Shown here: in pieces, positions 1 to 15,000 of the stretch
How the letters are laid out: every line of letters starts with the position of its first letter
Position numbering within the stretch: position 1 is the stretch's first letter
From: Auanema rhodensis
Lineage: Eukaryota; Animalia; Nematoda
Reading direction: 5' to 3'
Length of the DNA stretch: 64,000 bases
Assembly: GCA_964057225.1 (NCBI GenBank)
Contig: OZ059895.1
Span: 11,780,001-11,844,000 of the forward strand
Made by a program: the position numbers and the translations under genes
Notes under the pieces: generated by a model
Database searches by the model: none
What the model saw: only the letters and a program-made list of their open reading frames with translations
What the model was told of the DNA's origin: nothing

Positions 1-3000
1 TGCCGCTGATTTTCAATTTTAACTCTTCTGTAACAAATGTTTTCAATTTCCAAGCAGTTTTACTTAGATAGCTCAACCCAAGGCAGCAAATTATCTTCAA
101 TCTTATTTCTATCTTACAGTTATAAACCAGTAGTGAATGAACCATTATCTTACCTTCACTGTTTCTATCTATTTCGTATCAAAAGAAACATTGTTTAAAC
201 ACTATACAACTGTGAAACCTTTTTTAATTTCTTGTATTTGGAGATCATAAGATTTGATATCATTGAGGGATCCAGATAGAACGTGGAAAATTACGTAACT
301 AACATGAAATTGGAAAAAACTATAACGAGGATAAGTATGTGAATCATTGAATATCAGATATTTTCGCTTAGGACCATACCACGTTGAAAGTACGCCATGC
401 CGCTGAATTTCAATTTTAACTCTTTTGTAACAAATGTTTTCAATTTCCAAGCAGTTTTACTCAGATAGCTTAACCCAAGGCAGCAAATTATCTTCAATAT
501 TATTTCTATCTTACAGTTATAAACCAATAGTTAATGAACCATCATCTTACCTTTACTGTTTCTATCTATTTCCTATCGAAAGCAACTTTGTTCAAACACT
601 ATACAACTGTGGAACCTTTTTTATTTTCTTGTATTTGGAGCTCATAAAATTTGATATCATAGAGGGATCCAGATAGAACGTGGAAAATTACATAACTAAC
701 ATGAAATTGGGAAAAAATTATAACGAGGATAAGTATGTGAAACATTGAATATCAGATATTTTCGCTTAGGACTATACGACGTTGAAAGTACGCCATGCCG
801 CTGATTTTCAATTTTAACTCTTCTGTAACAAATGTTTTCAATTTCCAAGCAGTTTTACTTAGATAGCTCAACCCAAGGCAGCAAATAATCTTCAATCTTA
901 TTTCTATCTTACAGTTATAAACCAGTAGTGAATGAACCATCATCTTACCTTTACTATTTCTATCTATTTCTTATCAAAACCAACTTTGTTCAAACACTAT
1001 ACAACTGAGAAGCCTTTTTTAATTTCTTGTATTTGTAGCTCATAAGATTTGATATCATTGAGGGATCCAGATAGAACGTGGAAAATTACGTAACTAACAT
1101 GAAATTGGAAAAAACTATAACGAGGATAAGTATGTGAATCAATGAATATCTGATATTTTCGCTTAGGACCATACCACGTTGAAAGTACGCCATGCCGCTG
1201 AATTTCAATTTTAACTCTTTTGTAACAAATGTTTTCAATTTTTAAGCAGTTTTACTTAGATAGCTCAACCCAAGGCAGCAAATTATCTTCAATCTTTTTT
1301 CTATCTTACAGTTATAAACCAGTAGTGAATGAACCATCATCTTACCTTTACTATTTCTATCTATTTCTTATCAAAACCAACTTTGTTCAAACACTATACA
1401 ACTGAGAAGCCTTTTTTAATTTCTTGTATTTGGAGCTCATAAGATTTGATATCATTGAGGGATCCAGATAGAACGTGGAAAATTACATAACTAGCATGAA
1501 ATTGGGAAAAAATTATAACGAGGATAAGTATGTGAAACATTGAATATCAGATATTTTCGCTTAGGACCATACCACGTTAAAAGTACGGCATGCGGCTGAT
1601 TTTCAATTTTAACTCTTCTGTAACAAATGTTTTCAATTTTCAAGCAGTTTTACTTAGATAGCTCAACCCAAGGCAGCAAATTATCTTCAATCTTATTTCT
1701 CTCTTACAGTTATAAACCAGTAGTGAATGAACCATCATCTTACCTTCACTGTTTCTATCTATTTTCTATCAAAAGAAACATTGTTTAAACACTATACAAC
1801 TGTGAAACCTTTTTTAATTTCTTGTATTTAGAGCTCATAAGATTTGATATCATTGAGGGATCCAGATAGAACGTGGAAAATTACATAACTAGCATGAAAT
1901 TGGGAAAAAATTATAACGAGGATAAGTATGTGAAACATTGAATATCAGATATTTTCGCTTAGGACCATACGACGTTGAAAGTACGCCATGCCGCTGATTT
2001 TTAATTTTATATCTTCTGTAACAAATGTTTTCAATTTCCAAGCAGTTTTACTTAGATAGCTCAACCCAAGGCAGCAAATTATCTTCAATCTTATTTCTAT
2101 CTTACAGTTATAAACCAATAGTTATTGAACCATCATCTTACCTTTACTGTTTCTATCTATTTCCTATCGAAATCAACTTTGTTCAAACACTATACAACTG
2201 TGAAACCTTTTTTAATTTCTTGTATTTGGAGCTCATAAGATTTGATATCATCGAGGGATCCAGATAGAACGTGGAAAATTACATAACTAACTTGAAATTG
2301 GGAAAAAATATAACGAGGATAAGTATGTGAAACATTGAATATCAGATATTTTCGCTTAGGACCATACCACGTTGAAAGTACGCCATGCCGCTGAATTTCA
2401 ATTTTGACTCTTTTGTAACAAATGTTTTCAATTTTTAAGCAGTTTTACTTAGATAGCTCAACCCAAGGCAGCAAATTATCTTCAATCTTTTTTCTATCTT
2501 ACAGTTATAAACCAGTAGTGAATGAACCATCATCTTACCTTTACTATTTCTATCTATTTCTTATCAAAACCAACTTTGTTCAAACACTATACAACTGAGA
2601 AGCCTTTTTTAATTTCTTGTATTTGGAGCTCATAAGATTTGATATCATTGAGGGATCCAGATAGAACGTGGAAAATTACATAACTAGCATGAAATTGGGA
2701 AAAAATTATAACGAGGATAAGTATGTGAAACATTGAATATCAGATATTTTCGCTTAGGACCATACCACGTTAAAAGTACGGCATGCGGCTGATTTTCAAT
2801 TTTAACTCTTCTGTAACAAATGTTTTCAATTTTCAAGCAGTTTTACTTAGATAGCTCAACCCAAGGCAGCAAATTATCTTCAATCTTATTTCTCTCTTAC
2901 AGTTATAAACCAGTAGTGAATGAACCATCATCTTACCTTCACTGTTTCTATCTATTTCCTATCAAAAGAAACATTGTTTAAACACTATACAACTGTGAAA

Positions 3001-6000
3001 CCTTTTTTAATTTCTTGTATTTGGAGCTCATAAGATTTGATATCATTGAGGGATCCAGATAGAACGTGGAAAATTACATAACTAACATGAAATTGAGAAA
3101 AAATTATAACGAGGATAAGTATGTGAAACATTGAATATCAGATATTTTCGCTTACTCAGATAGCTTAACCCAAGGCAGCAAATTATCTTCAATATTATTT
3201 CTATCTTACAGTTATAAACCAATAGTTAATGAATGAACCATCATCTTACCTTTACTGTTTCTATCTATTTCCTATCGAAAGCAACTTTGTTCAAACACTA
3301 TACAACTGTGGAACCTTTTTTAATTTCTTGTATTTGGAGCTCATAAAATTTGATATCATAGAGGGATCCAGATAGAACGTGGAAAATTACATAACTAACA
3401 TGAAATTGGGAAAAAATTATAACGAGGATAAGTATGTGAAACATTGAATATCAGATATTTTCGCTTAGGACTATACGACGTTGAAAGTACGCCATGCCGC
3501 TGATTTTCAATTTTAACTCTTCTGTAACAAATGTTTTCAATTTCCAAGCAGTTTTACTTGGATAGCTCAACCCAAGGCAGCAAATAATCTTCAATCTTAT
3601 TTCTATCTTACAGTTATAAACCAGTAGTGAATGAACCATCATCTTACCTTCACTGTTTCTATCTATTTCGTATCAAAAAAAACATTGTTTAAACACTATA
3701 CAACTGTGAAACCTTTTTTAATTTCTTGTATTTGGAGATCATAAGATTTGATATCATTGAGGGATCCAGATAGAACGTGGAAAATTACGTAACTAACATG
3801 AAATTGGAAAAAACTATAACGAGGATAAGTATGTGAATCAATGAATATCAGATATTTTCGCTTAGGACCATACCACGTTGAAAGTACGCCATGCCGCTGA
3901 ATTTCAATTTTAACTCTTTTGTAACAAATGTTTTCAATTTTCAAGCAGTTTTACTCAGATAGCTTAACCCAAGGCAGCAAATTATCTTCAATATTATTTC
4001 TATCTTACAGTTATAAACCAATGGTTAATGAACCATCATCTTACCTTTACTGTTTCTATCTATTTTCTATCAGAACAAATATTGTTCAAACACTATACAA
4101 CTGTGAAACCTTTTTTAATTTCTTGTATTTGGAGCTCATAAGATTTGATATCATTGAGGGATCCAGATAGAACGTGGAAAATTACGTAACTAACATGAAA
4201 TTGGGAAAAAATTATAACGAGGATAAGTATGTGAAACATTGAATATCAGATATTTTCGCTTAGGACCATACCACGTTGAAAGTACGCCATGCCGCTGATT
4301 TTCAATTTTAACTCTTTTGTAACAAATGTTTTCAATTTTCAAGCAGTTTTACTCAGATAGCTCAACCCAAGGCAGCAAATTATCTTCAATACTATTTCTA
4401 TCTTACAGTTATGAACCAATGGTTAATGAACCATCATCTTACCTTTACTGTTTCTATCTATTTTCTATCAGAACAAATATTGTTCAAACACTATACAACT
4501 GTGAAACCTTTTTTAATTTCTTGTATTTGGAGCTCATAAGATTTGATATCATCGAGGGATCCAGATAGAACGTGGAAAACTACATAACATACTTGAAATT
4601 GGGAAAAATTATAACGAGGATAAGTATGTGAAACATTGAATATCAGATATTTTCGCTTAGGACCATACCACGTTGAAAGTACGCCATGCCGCTGATTTTC
4701 AATTTTAACTCTTTTGTAACAAATGTTTTCAATTTTCAAGCAGTTTTACTCAGATAGCTTAACCCAAGGCAGCAAATTATCTTCAATCTTATTTCTCTCT
4801 TACAGTTATAAACCAGTAGTGAATGAACCATCATCTTACCTTCACTGTTTCTATCTATTTTCTATCAAAAGAAACATTGTTTAAACACTATACAACTGTG
4901 AAACCTTTTTTAATTTCTTGTATTTAGAGCTCATAAGATTTGATATCATTGAGGGATCCAGATAGAACGTGGAAAATTACATAACTAACATGAAATTGGG
5001 AAAAAATTATAACGAGGATAAGTATGTGAAACATTGAATATCAGATATTTTCGCTTAGGACCATACGACGTTGAAAGTACGCCATGCCGCTGATTTTCAA
5101 TTTTAACTCTTTTGTAACAAATGTTTTCAATTTTCAAGCAGTTTTACTCAGATAGCTTAACCCAAGGCAGCAAATTATCTTCAATCTTATTTCTCTCTTA
5201 CAGTTATAAACCAGTAGTGAATGAACCATCATCTTACCTTCACTGTTTCTATCTATTTTCTATCAAAAGAAACATTGTTTAAACACTATACAACTGTGAA
5301 ACCTTTTTTAATTTCTTGTATTTAGAGCTCATAAGATTTGATATCATTGAGGGATCCAGATAGAACGTGGAAAATTACATAACTAACATGAAATTGGGAA
5401 AAAATTATAACGAGGATAAGTATGTGAAACATTGAATATCAGATATTTTCGCTTAGGACCATACGACGTTGAAAGTACGCCATGCCGCTGATTTTTAATT
5501 TTATATCTTCTGTAACAAATGTTTTCAATTTCCAAGCAGTTTTACTTAGATAGCTCAACCCAAGGCAGCAAATTATCTTCAATCTTATTTCTATCTTACA
5601 GTTATAAACCAGTATTGAATGAACCATCATCTTACTTTCACTGTTTCTATCTATTTCCTATCAAAAGAAACATTGTTTAAACACTATACAACTGTGAAAC
5701 CTTTTTTAATTTCTTGTATTTGGAGATCATAAGATTTGATATCATTGAGGGATCCAGATAGAACGTGGAAAATTACGTAACTAACATGAAATTGGAAAAA
5801 ACTATAACGAGGATAAGTATGTGAATCAATGAATATCAGATATTTTCGCTTAGGACCATACCACGTTGAAAGTACGCCATGCCGCTGAATTTCAATTTTA
5901 ACTCTTTTGTAACAAATGTTTTCAATTTTCAAGCAGTTTTACTCAGATAGCTTAACCCAAGGCAGCAAATTATCTTCAATATTATTTCTATCTTACAGTT

Positions 6001-9000
6001 ATAAACCAATAGTTATTGAACCATAATCTTACCTTTACTGTTTCTATCTATTTCCTATCGAAATCAACTTTGTTCAAACACTATACAACTGTGAAACCTT
6101 TTTTAATTTCTTGTATTTGGAGCTCATAAGATTTGATATCATCGAGGGATCCAGATAGAACGTGGAAAATTACATAACTAACTTGAAATTGGGAAAAATT
6201 ATAACGAGGATAAGTATGTGAAACATTGAATATCAGATATTTTCACTTAGGACCATACCACGTTGAAAGTACGCCATGCCGCTGATTTTCAATTTTAACT
6301 CTTCTGTAACAAATGTTTTCAATTTCCAAGCAGTTTTACTTAGATAGCTCAACCCAAGGCAGCAAATTATCTTCAATCTTATTTCTCTCTTACAGTTATA
6401 AACCAGTAGTGAATGAACCATCATCTTACCTTCACTGTTTCTATCTATTTTCTATCAAAAGAAACATTGTTTAAACACTATACAACTGTGAAACCTTTTT
6501 TAATTTCTTGTATTTGGAGCTCATAAGATTTGATATCATCGAGGGATCCAGATAGAACGTGGAAAATTACATAACTAACTTGAAATTGGGAAAAATTATA
6601 ACGAGGATAAGTATGTGAAACATTGAATATCAGATATTTTCGCTTAGGACCATACGACGTTGAAAGTACGCCATGCCGCTGATTTTTAATTTTATATCTT
6701 CTGTAACAAATGTTTTCAATTTCCAAGCAGTTTTACTTAGATAGCTCAACCTAAGGCAGCAAATTATCTTCAATCTTATTTCTATCTTACAGTTATAAAC
6801 CAGTATTGAATGAACCATCATCTTACTTTCACTGTTTCTATCTATTTCCTATCAAAAGAAACATTGTTTAAACACCTTACAACTGTGAAACCTTTTTTAA
6901 TTTCTTGTATTTGGAGATCATAAGATTTGATATCATTGAGGGATCCAGATAGAACGTGGAAAATTACGTAACTAACATGAAATTGGAAAAAACTATAACG
7001 AGGATAAGTATGTGAAACATTGAATATCAGATATTTTCGCTTAGGACCATACCACGTGGAAAGTACGCCATGCCGCTGATTTTCAATTTTAACTCTTCTG
7101 TAACGAATGTTTTCAATTTTCAAGCAGTTTTACTCAGATAGCTTAACCCAAGGCAGCAAATTATCTTCAATATTATTTCTATCTTACAGTTATAAACCAA
7201 TAGTTATTGAACCATCATCTTACCTTTACTGTTTCTATCTATTTCCTATCAAAAGCAACTTTGTTCAAACACTATACAACTGTGGAACCTTTTTTAATTT
7301 CTTGTATTTGGAGCTCATAAAATTTGATATCATCGAGGGATCCAGATAGAACGTGGAAAATTACATAACTAACATGAAATTGGGAAAAAATTATAACGAG
7401 GATAAGTATGTGAAACATTGAATATCAGATATTTTCGCTTAGGACTATACGACGTTGAAAGTACGCCATGCCGCTGATTTTCAATTTTAACTCTTCTGTA
7501 ACAAATGTTTTCAATTTCCAAGCAGTTTTACTTAGATAGCTCAACCCAAGGCAGCAAATTATCTTCAATCTTATTTCTATCTTACAGTTATAAACCAGTA
7601 GTGAATGAACCATCATCTTACCTTCACTGTTTCTATCTATTTCGTATCAAAAGAAACATTGTTTAAACACTATACAACTGTGAAACCTTTTTTAATTTCT
7701 TGTATTTGGAGATCATAAGATTTGATATCATTGAGGGATCCAGATAGAACGTGGAAAATTACGTAACTAACATGAAATTGGAAAAAACTATAACGAGGAT
7801 AAGTATGTGAATCAATGAATATCAGATATTTTCGCTTAGGACCATACCACGTTGAAAGTACGCCATGCCGCTGAATTTCAATTTTAACTCTTTTGTAACA
7901 AATGTTTTCAATTTTCAAGCAGTTTTACTCAGATAGCTTAACCCAAGGCAGCAAATTATCTTCAATACTATTTCTATCTTACAGTTATAAACCAATGGTT
8001 AATGAACCATCATCTTACCTTTACTGTTTCTATCTATTTTCTATCAGAACAAATATTGTTCAAACACTATACAACTGTGAAACCTTTTTTAATTTCTTGT
8101 ATTTGGAGCTCGTAAGATTTGATATCATTGAGGGATCCAGATAGAACGTGGAAAATTACGTAACTAACATGAAATTGGGAAAAAATTATAACGAGGATAA
8201 GTATGTGAAACATTGAATATCAGATATTTTCGCTTAGGACCATACCACGTGGAAAGTACGCCATGCCGCTGATTTTCAATTTTAACTCTTCTGTAACGAA
8301 TGTTTTCAATTTTCAAGCAGTTTTACTCAGATAGCTTAACCCAAGGCAGCAAATTATCTTCAATATTATTTCTATCTTACAGTTATAAACCAATAGTTAT
8401 TGAACCATCATCTTACCTTTACTGTTTCTATCTATTTCCTATCAAAAGCAACTTTGTTCAAACACTATACAACTGTGGAACCTTTTTTAATTTCTTGTAT
8501 TTGGAGCTCATAAAATTTGATATCATCGAGGGATCCAGATAGAACGTGGAAAATTACATAACTAACATGAAATTGGGAAAAAATTATAACGAGGATAAGT
8601 ATGTGAAACATTGAATATCAGATATTTTCGCTTAGGACTATACGACGTTGAAAGTACGCCATGCCGCTGATTTTCAATTTTAACTCTTCTGTAACAAATG
8701 TTTTCAATTTCCAAGCAGTTTTACTTAGATAGCTCAACCCAAGGCAGCAAATTATCTTCAATCTTATTTCTATCTTACAGTTATAAACCAGTAGTGAATG
8801 AACCATCATCTTACCTTCACTGTTTCTATCTATTTCGTATCAAAAGAAACATTGTTTAAACACTATACAACTGTGAAACCTTTTTTAATTTCTTGTATTT
8901 GGAGATCATAAGATTTGATATCATTGAGGGATCCAGATAGAACGTGGAAAATTACGTAACTAACATGAAATTGGAAAAAACTATAACGAGGATAAGTATG

Positions 9001-12000
9001 TGAATCAATGAATATCAGATATTTTCGCTTAGGACCATACCACGTTGAAAGTACGCCATGCCGCTGAATTTCAATTTTAACTCTTTTGTAACAAATGTTT
9101 TCAATTTTCAAGCAGTTTTACTCAGATAGCTTAACCCAAGGCAGCAAATTATCTTCAATACTATTTCTATCTTACAGTTATAAACCAATGGTTAATGAAC
9201 CATCATCTTACCTTTACTGTTTCTATCTATTTTCTATCAGAACAAATATTGTTCAAACACTATACAACTGTGAAACCTTTTTTAATTTCTTGTATTTGGA
9301 GCTCGTAAGATTTGATATCATTGAGGGATCCAGATAGAACGTGGAAAATTACGTAACTAACATGAAATTGGGAAAAAATTATAACGAGGATAAGTATGTG
9401 AAACATTGAATATCAGATATTTTCGCTTAGGACCATACCACGTGGAAAGTACGCCATGCCGCTGATTTTCAATTTTAACTCTTCTGTAACGAATGTTTTC
9501 AATTTTCAAGCAGTTTTACTCAGATAGCTTAACCCAAGGCAGCAAATTATCTTCAATATTATTTCTATCTTACAGTTATAAACCAATAGTTATTGAACCA
9601 TCATCTTACCTTTACTGTTTCTATCTATTTCCTATCAAAAGCAACTTTGTTCAAACACTATACAACTGTGGAACCTTTTTTAATTTCTTGTATTTGGAGC
9701 TCATAAAATTTGATATCATCGAGGGATCCAGATAGAACGTGGAAAATTACATAACTAACATGAAATTGGGAAAAAATTATAACGAGGATAAGTATGTGAA
9801 ACATTGAATATCAGATATTTTCGCTTAGGACTATACGACGTTGAAAGTACGCCATGCCGCTGATTTTCAATTTTAACTCTTCTGTAACAAATGTTTTCAA
9901 TTTCCAAGCAGTTTTACTTAGATAGCTCAACCCAAGGCAGCAAATTATCTTCAATCTTATTTCTATCTTACAGTTATAAACCAGTAGTGAATGAACCATC
10001 ATCTTACCTTCACTGTTTCTATCTATTTCGTATCAAAAGAAACATTGTTTAAACACTATACAACTGTGAAACCTTTTTTAATTTCTTGTATTTGGAGATC
10101 ATAAGATTTGATATCATTGAGGGATCCAGATAGAACGTGGAAAATTACGTAACTAACATGAAATTGGAAAAAACTATAACGAGGATAAGTATGTGAATCA
10201 ATGAATATCAGATATTTTCGCTTAGGACCATACCACGTTGAAAGTACGCCATGCCGCTGAATTTCAATTTTAACTCTTTTGTAACAAATGTTTTCAATTT
10301 TCAAGCAGTTTTACTCAGATAGCTTAACCCAAGGCAGCAAATTATCTTCAATACTATTTCTATCTTACAGTTATAAACCAATGGTTAATGAACCATCATC
10401 TTACCTTTACTGTTTCTATCTATTTTCTATCAGAACAAATATTGTTCAAACACTTTACAACTGTGAAACCTTTTTTAATTTCTTGTATTTGGAGCTCGTA
10501 AGATTTGATATCATTGAGGGATCCAGATAGAACGTGGAAAATTACGTAACTAACATGAAATTGGGAAAAAATTATAACGAGGATAAGTATGTGAAACATT
10601 GAATATCAGATATTTTCGCTTAGGACCATACCACGTTGAAAGTACGCCATGCCGCTGATTTTCAATTTTAACTCTTCTGTAACAAATGTTTTCAATTTCC
10701 AAGCAGTTTTACTCAGATAGCTTAACCCAAGGCAGCAAATTATCTTCAATATTATTTCTATCTTACAGTTATAAACCAATAGTTATTGAACCATCATCTT
10801 ACCTTTACTGTTTCTATCTATTTCCTATCAAAAGCAACTTTGTTCAAACACTATACAACTGTGGAACCTTTTTTAATTTCTTGTATTTGGAGCTCATAAA
10901 ATTTGATATCATCGAGGGATCCAGATAGAACGTGGAAAATTACATAACTAACATGAAATTGGGAAAAAATTATAACGAGGATAAGTATGTGAAACATTGA
11001 ATATCAGATATTTTCGCTTAGGACTATACGACGTTGAAAGTACGCCATGCCGCTGATTTTCAATTTTAACTCTTCTGTAACAAATGTTTTCAATTTCCAA
11101 GCAGTTTTACTTAGATAGCTCAACCCAAGGCAGCAAATTATCTTCAATCTTATTTCTATCTTACAGTTATAAACCAGTAGTGAATGAACCATCATCTTAC
11201 CTTCACTGTTTCTATCTATTTCGTATCAAAAGAAACATTGTTTAAACACTATACAACTGTGAAACCTTTTTTAATTTCTTGTATTTGGAGATCATAAGAT
11301 TTGATATCATTGAGGGATCCAGATAGAACGTGGAAAATTACGTAACTAACATGAAATTGGAAAAAACTATAACGAGGATAAGTATGTGAATCAATGAATA
11401 TCAGATATTTTCGCTTAGGACCATACCACGTTGAAAGTACGCCATGCCGCTGAATTTCAATTTTAACTCTTTTGTAACAAATGTGTTCAATTTTCAAGCA
11501 GTTTTACTCAGATAGCTTAACCCAAGGCAGCAAATTATCTTCAATACTATTTCTATCTTACAGTTATAAACCAATGGTTAATGAACCATCATCTTACCTT
11601 TACTGTTTCTATCTATTTTCTATCAGAACAAATATTGTTCAAACACTATACAACTGTGAAACCTTTTTTAATTTCTTGTATTTGGAGCTCATAAGATTTG
11701 ATATCATTGAGGGATCCAGATAGAACGTGGAAAATTACGTAACTAACATGAAATTGGGAAAAAATTATAACGAGGATAAGTATGTGAAACATTGAATATC
11801 AGATATTTTCGCTTAGGACCATACCACGTGGAAAGTACGCCATGCCGCTGATTTTCAATTTTAACTCTTCTGTAACGAATGTTTTCAATTTTCAAGCAGT
11901 TTTACTCAGATAGCTTAACCCAAGGCAGCAAATTATCTTCAATATTATTTCTATCTTACAGTTATAAACCAATAGTTATTGAACCATCATCTTACCTTTA

Positions 12001-15000
12001 CTGTTTCTATCTATTTCCTATCAAAAGCAACTTTGTTCAAACACTATACAACTGTGGAACCTTTTTTAATTTCTTGTATTTGGAGCTCATAAAATTTGAT
12101 ATCATCGAGGGATCCAGATAGAACGTGGAAAATTACATAACTAACATGAAATTGGGAAAAAATTATAACGAGGATAAGTATGTGAAACATTGAATATCAG
12201 ATATTTTCGCTTAGGACTATACGACGTTGAAAGTACGCCATGCCGCTGATTTTCAATTTTAACTCTTCTGTAACAAATGTTTTCAATTTCCAAGCAGTTT
12301 TACTTAGATAGCTCAACCCAAGGCAGCAAATTATCTTCAATCTTATTTCTATCTTACAGTTATAAACCAGTAGTGAATGAACCATCATCTTACCTTCACT
12401 GTTTCTATCTATTTCGTATCAAAAGAAACATTGTTTAAACACTATACAACTGTGAAACCTTTTTTAATTTCTTGTATTTGGAGATCATAAGATTTGATAT
12501 CATTGAGGGATCCAGATAGAACGTGGAAAATTACGTAACTAACATGAAATTGGAAAAAACTATAACGAGGATAAGTATGTGAATCAATGAATATCAGATA
12601 TTTTCGCTTAGGACCATACCACGTTGAAAGTACGCCATGCCGCTGAATTTCAATTTTAACTCTTTTGTAACAAATGTTTTCAATTTTCAAGCAGTTTTAC
12701 TCAGATAGCTTAACCCAAGGCAGCAAATTATCTTCAATACTATTTCTATCTTACAGTTATAAACCAATGGTTAATGAACCATCATCTTACCTTCACTGTT
12801 TCTATCTATTTTCTATCAGAACAAATATTGTTCAAACACTATACAACTGTGAAACCTTTTTTAATTTCTTGTATTTGGAGCTCATAAGATTTGATATCAT
12901 TGAGGGATCCAGATAGAACGTGGAAAATTACGTAACTAACATGAAATTGGGAAAAAATTATAACGAGGATAAGTATGTGAAACATTGAATATCAGATATT
13001 TTCGCTTAGGACCATACCACGTTGAAAGTACGCCATGCCGCTGATTTTCAATTTCAACTCTTTTGTAACAAATGTTTTCAATTTTCAAGCAGTTTTACTC
13101 AGATAGCTTAACCCAAGGCAGCAAATTATCTTCAATACTATTTCTATCTTACAGTTATAAACCAATGGTTAATGAACCATCATCTTACCTTTACTGTTTC
13201 TATCTATTTTCTATCAGAACAAATATTGTTCAAACACTATACAACTGTGAAACCTTTTTTAATTTCTTGTATTTGGAGCTCATAAGATTTGATATCATCG
13301 AGGGATCCAGATAGAACGTGGAAAATTACGTAACTAACATGAAATTGGAAAAAACTATAACGAGGATAAGTATGTGAATCAATGAATATCAGATATTTTC
13401 GCTTAGGACCATACCACGTTGAAAGTACGCCATGCCGCTGAATTTCAATTTTAACTCTTTTGTAACAAATGTTTTCAATTTTCAAGCAGTTTTACTCAGA
13501 TAGCTTAACCCAAGGCAGCAAATTATCTTCAATACTATTTCTATCTTACAGTTATAAACCAATGGTTAATGAACCATCATCTTACCTTCACTGTTTCTAT
13601 CTATTTTCTATCAGAACAAATATTGTTCAAACACTATACAACTGTGAAACCTTTTTTAATTTCTTGTATTTGGAGCTCATAAGATTTGATATCATTGAGG
13701 GATCCAGATAGAACGTGGAAAATTACATAACTAACATGAAATTGGGAAAAAATTATAACGAGGATAAGTATGTGAAACATTGAATATCAGATATTTTCGC
13801 TTAGGACCATACCACGTGGAAAGTACGCCATGCCGCTGATTTTCAATTTTAACTCTTCTGTAACGAATGTTTTCAATTTTCAAGCAGTTTTACTCAGATA
13901 GCTTAACCCAAGGCAGCAAATTATCTTCAATATTATTTCTATCTTACAGTTATAAACCAATAGTTATTGAACCATCATCTTACCTTTACTGTTTCTATCT
14001 ATTTCCTATCAAAAGCAACTTTGTTCAAACACTATACAACTGTGGAACCTTTTTTAATTTCTTGTATTTGGAGCTCATAAAATTTGATATCATCGAGGGA
14101 TCCAGATAGAACGTGGAAAATTACATAACTAACATGAAATTGGGAAAAAATTATAACGAGGATAAGTATGTGAAACATTGAATATCAGATATTTTCGCTT
14201 AGGACCATACGACGTTGAAAGTACGCCATGCCGCTGATTTTTAATTTTATATCTTCTGTAACAAATGTTTTCAATTTCCAAGCAGTTTTACTCAGATAGC
14301 TTAACCCAAGGCAGCAAATTATCTTCAATACTATTTCTATCTTACAGTTATAAACCAATGGTTAATGAACCATCATCTTACCTTTACTGTTTCTATCTAT
14401 TTTCTATCAGAACAAATATTGTTCAAACACTATACAACTGTGAAACCTTTTTTAATTTCTTGTATTTGGAGCTCGTAAGATTTGATATCATTGAGGGATC
14501 CAGATAGAACGTGGAAAATTACGTAACTAACATGAAATTGGGAAAAAATTATAACGAGGATAAGTATGTGAAACATTGAATATCAGATATTTTCGCTTAG
14601 GACCATACCACGTGGAAAGTACGCCATGCCGCTGATTTTCAATTTTAACTCTTCTGTAACGAATGTTTTCAATTTTCAAGCAGTTTTACTCAGATAGCTT
14701 AACCCAAGGCAGCAAATTATCTTCAATATTATTTCTATCTTACAGTTATAAACCAATAGTTATTGAACCATCATCTTACCTTTACTGTTTCTATCTATTT
14801 CCTATCAAAAGCAACTTTGTTCAAACACTATACAACTGTGGAACCTTTTTTAATTTCTTGTATTTGGAGCTCATAAAATTTGATATCATCGAGGGATCCA
14901 GATAGAACGTGGAAAATTACATAACTAACATGAAATTGGGAAAAAATTATAACGAGGATAAGTATGTGAAACATTGAATATCAGATATTTTCGCTTAGGA

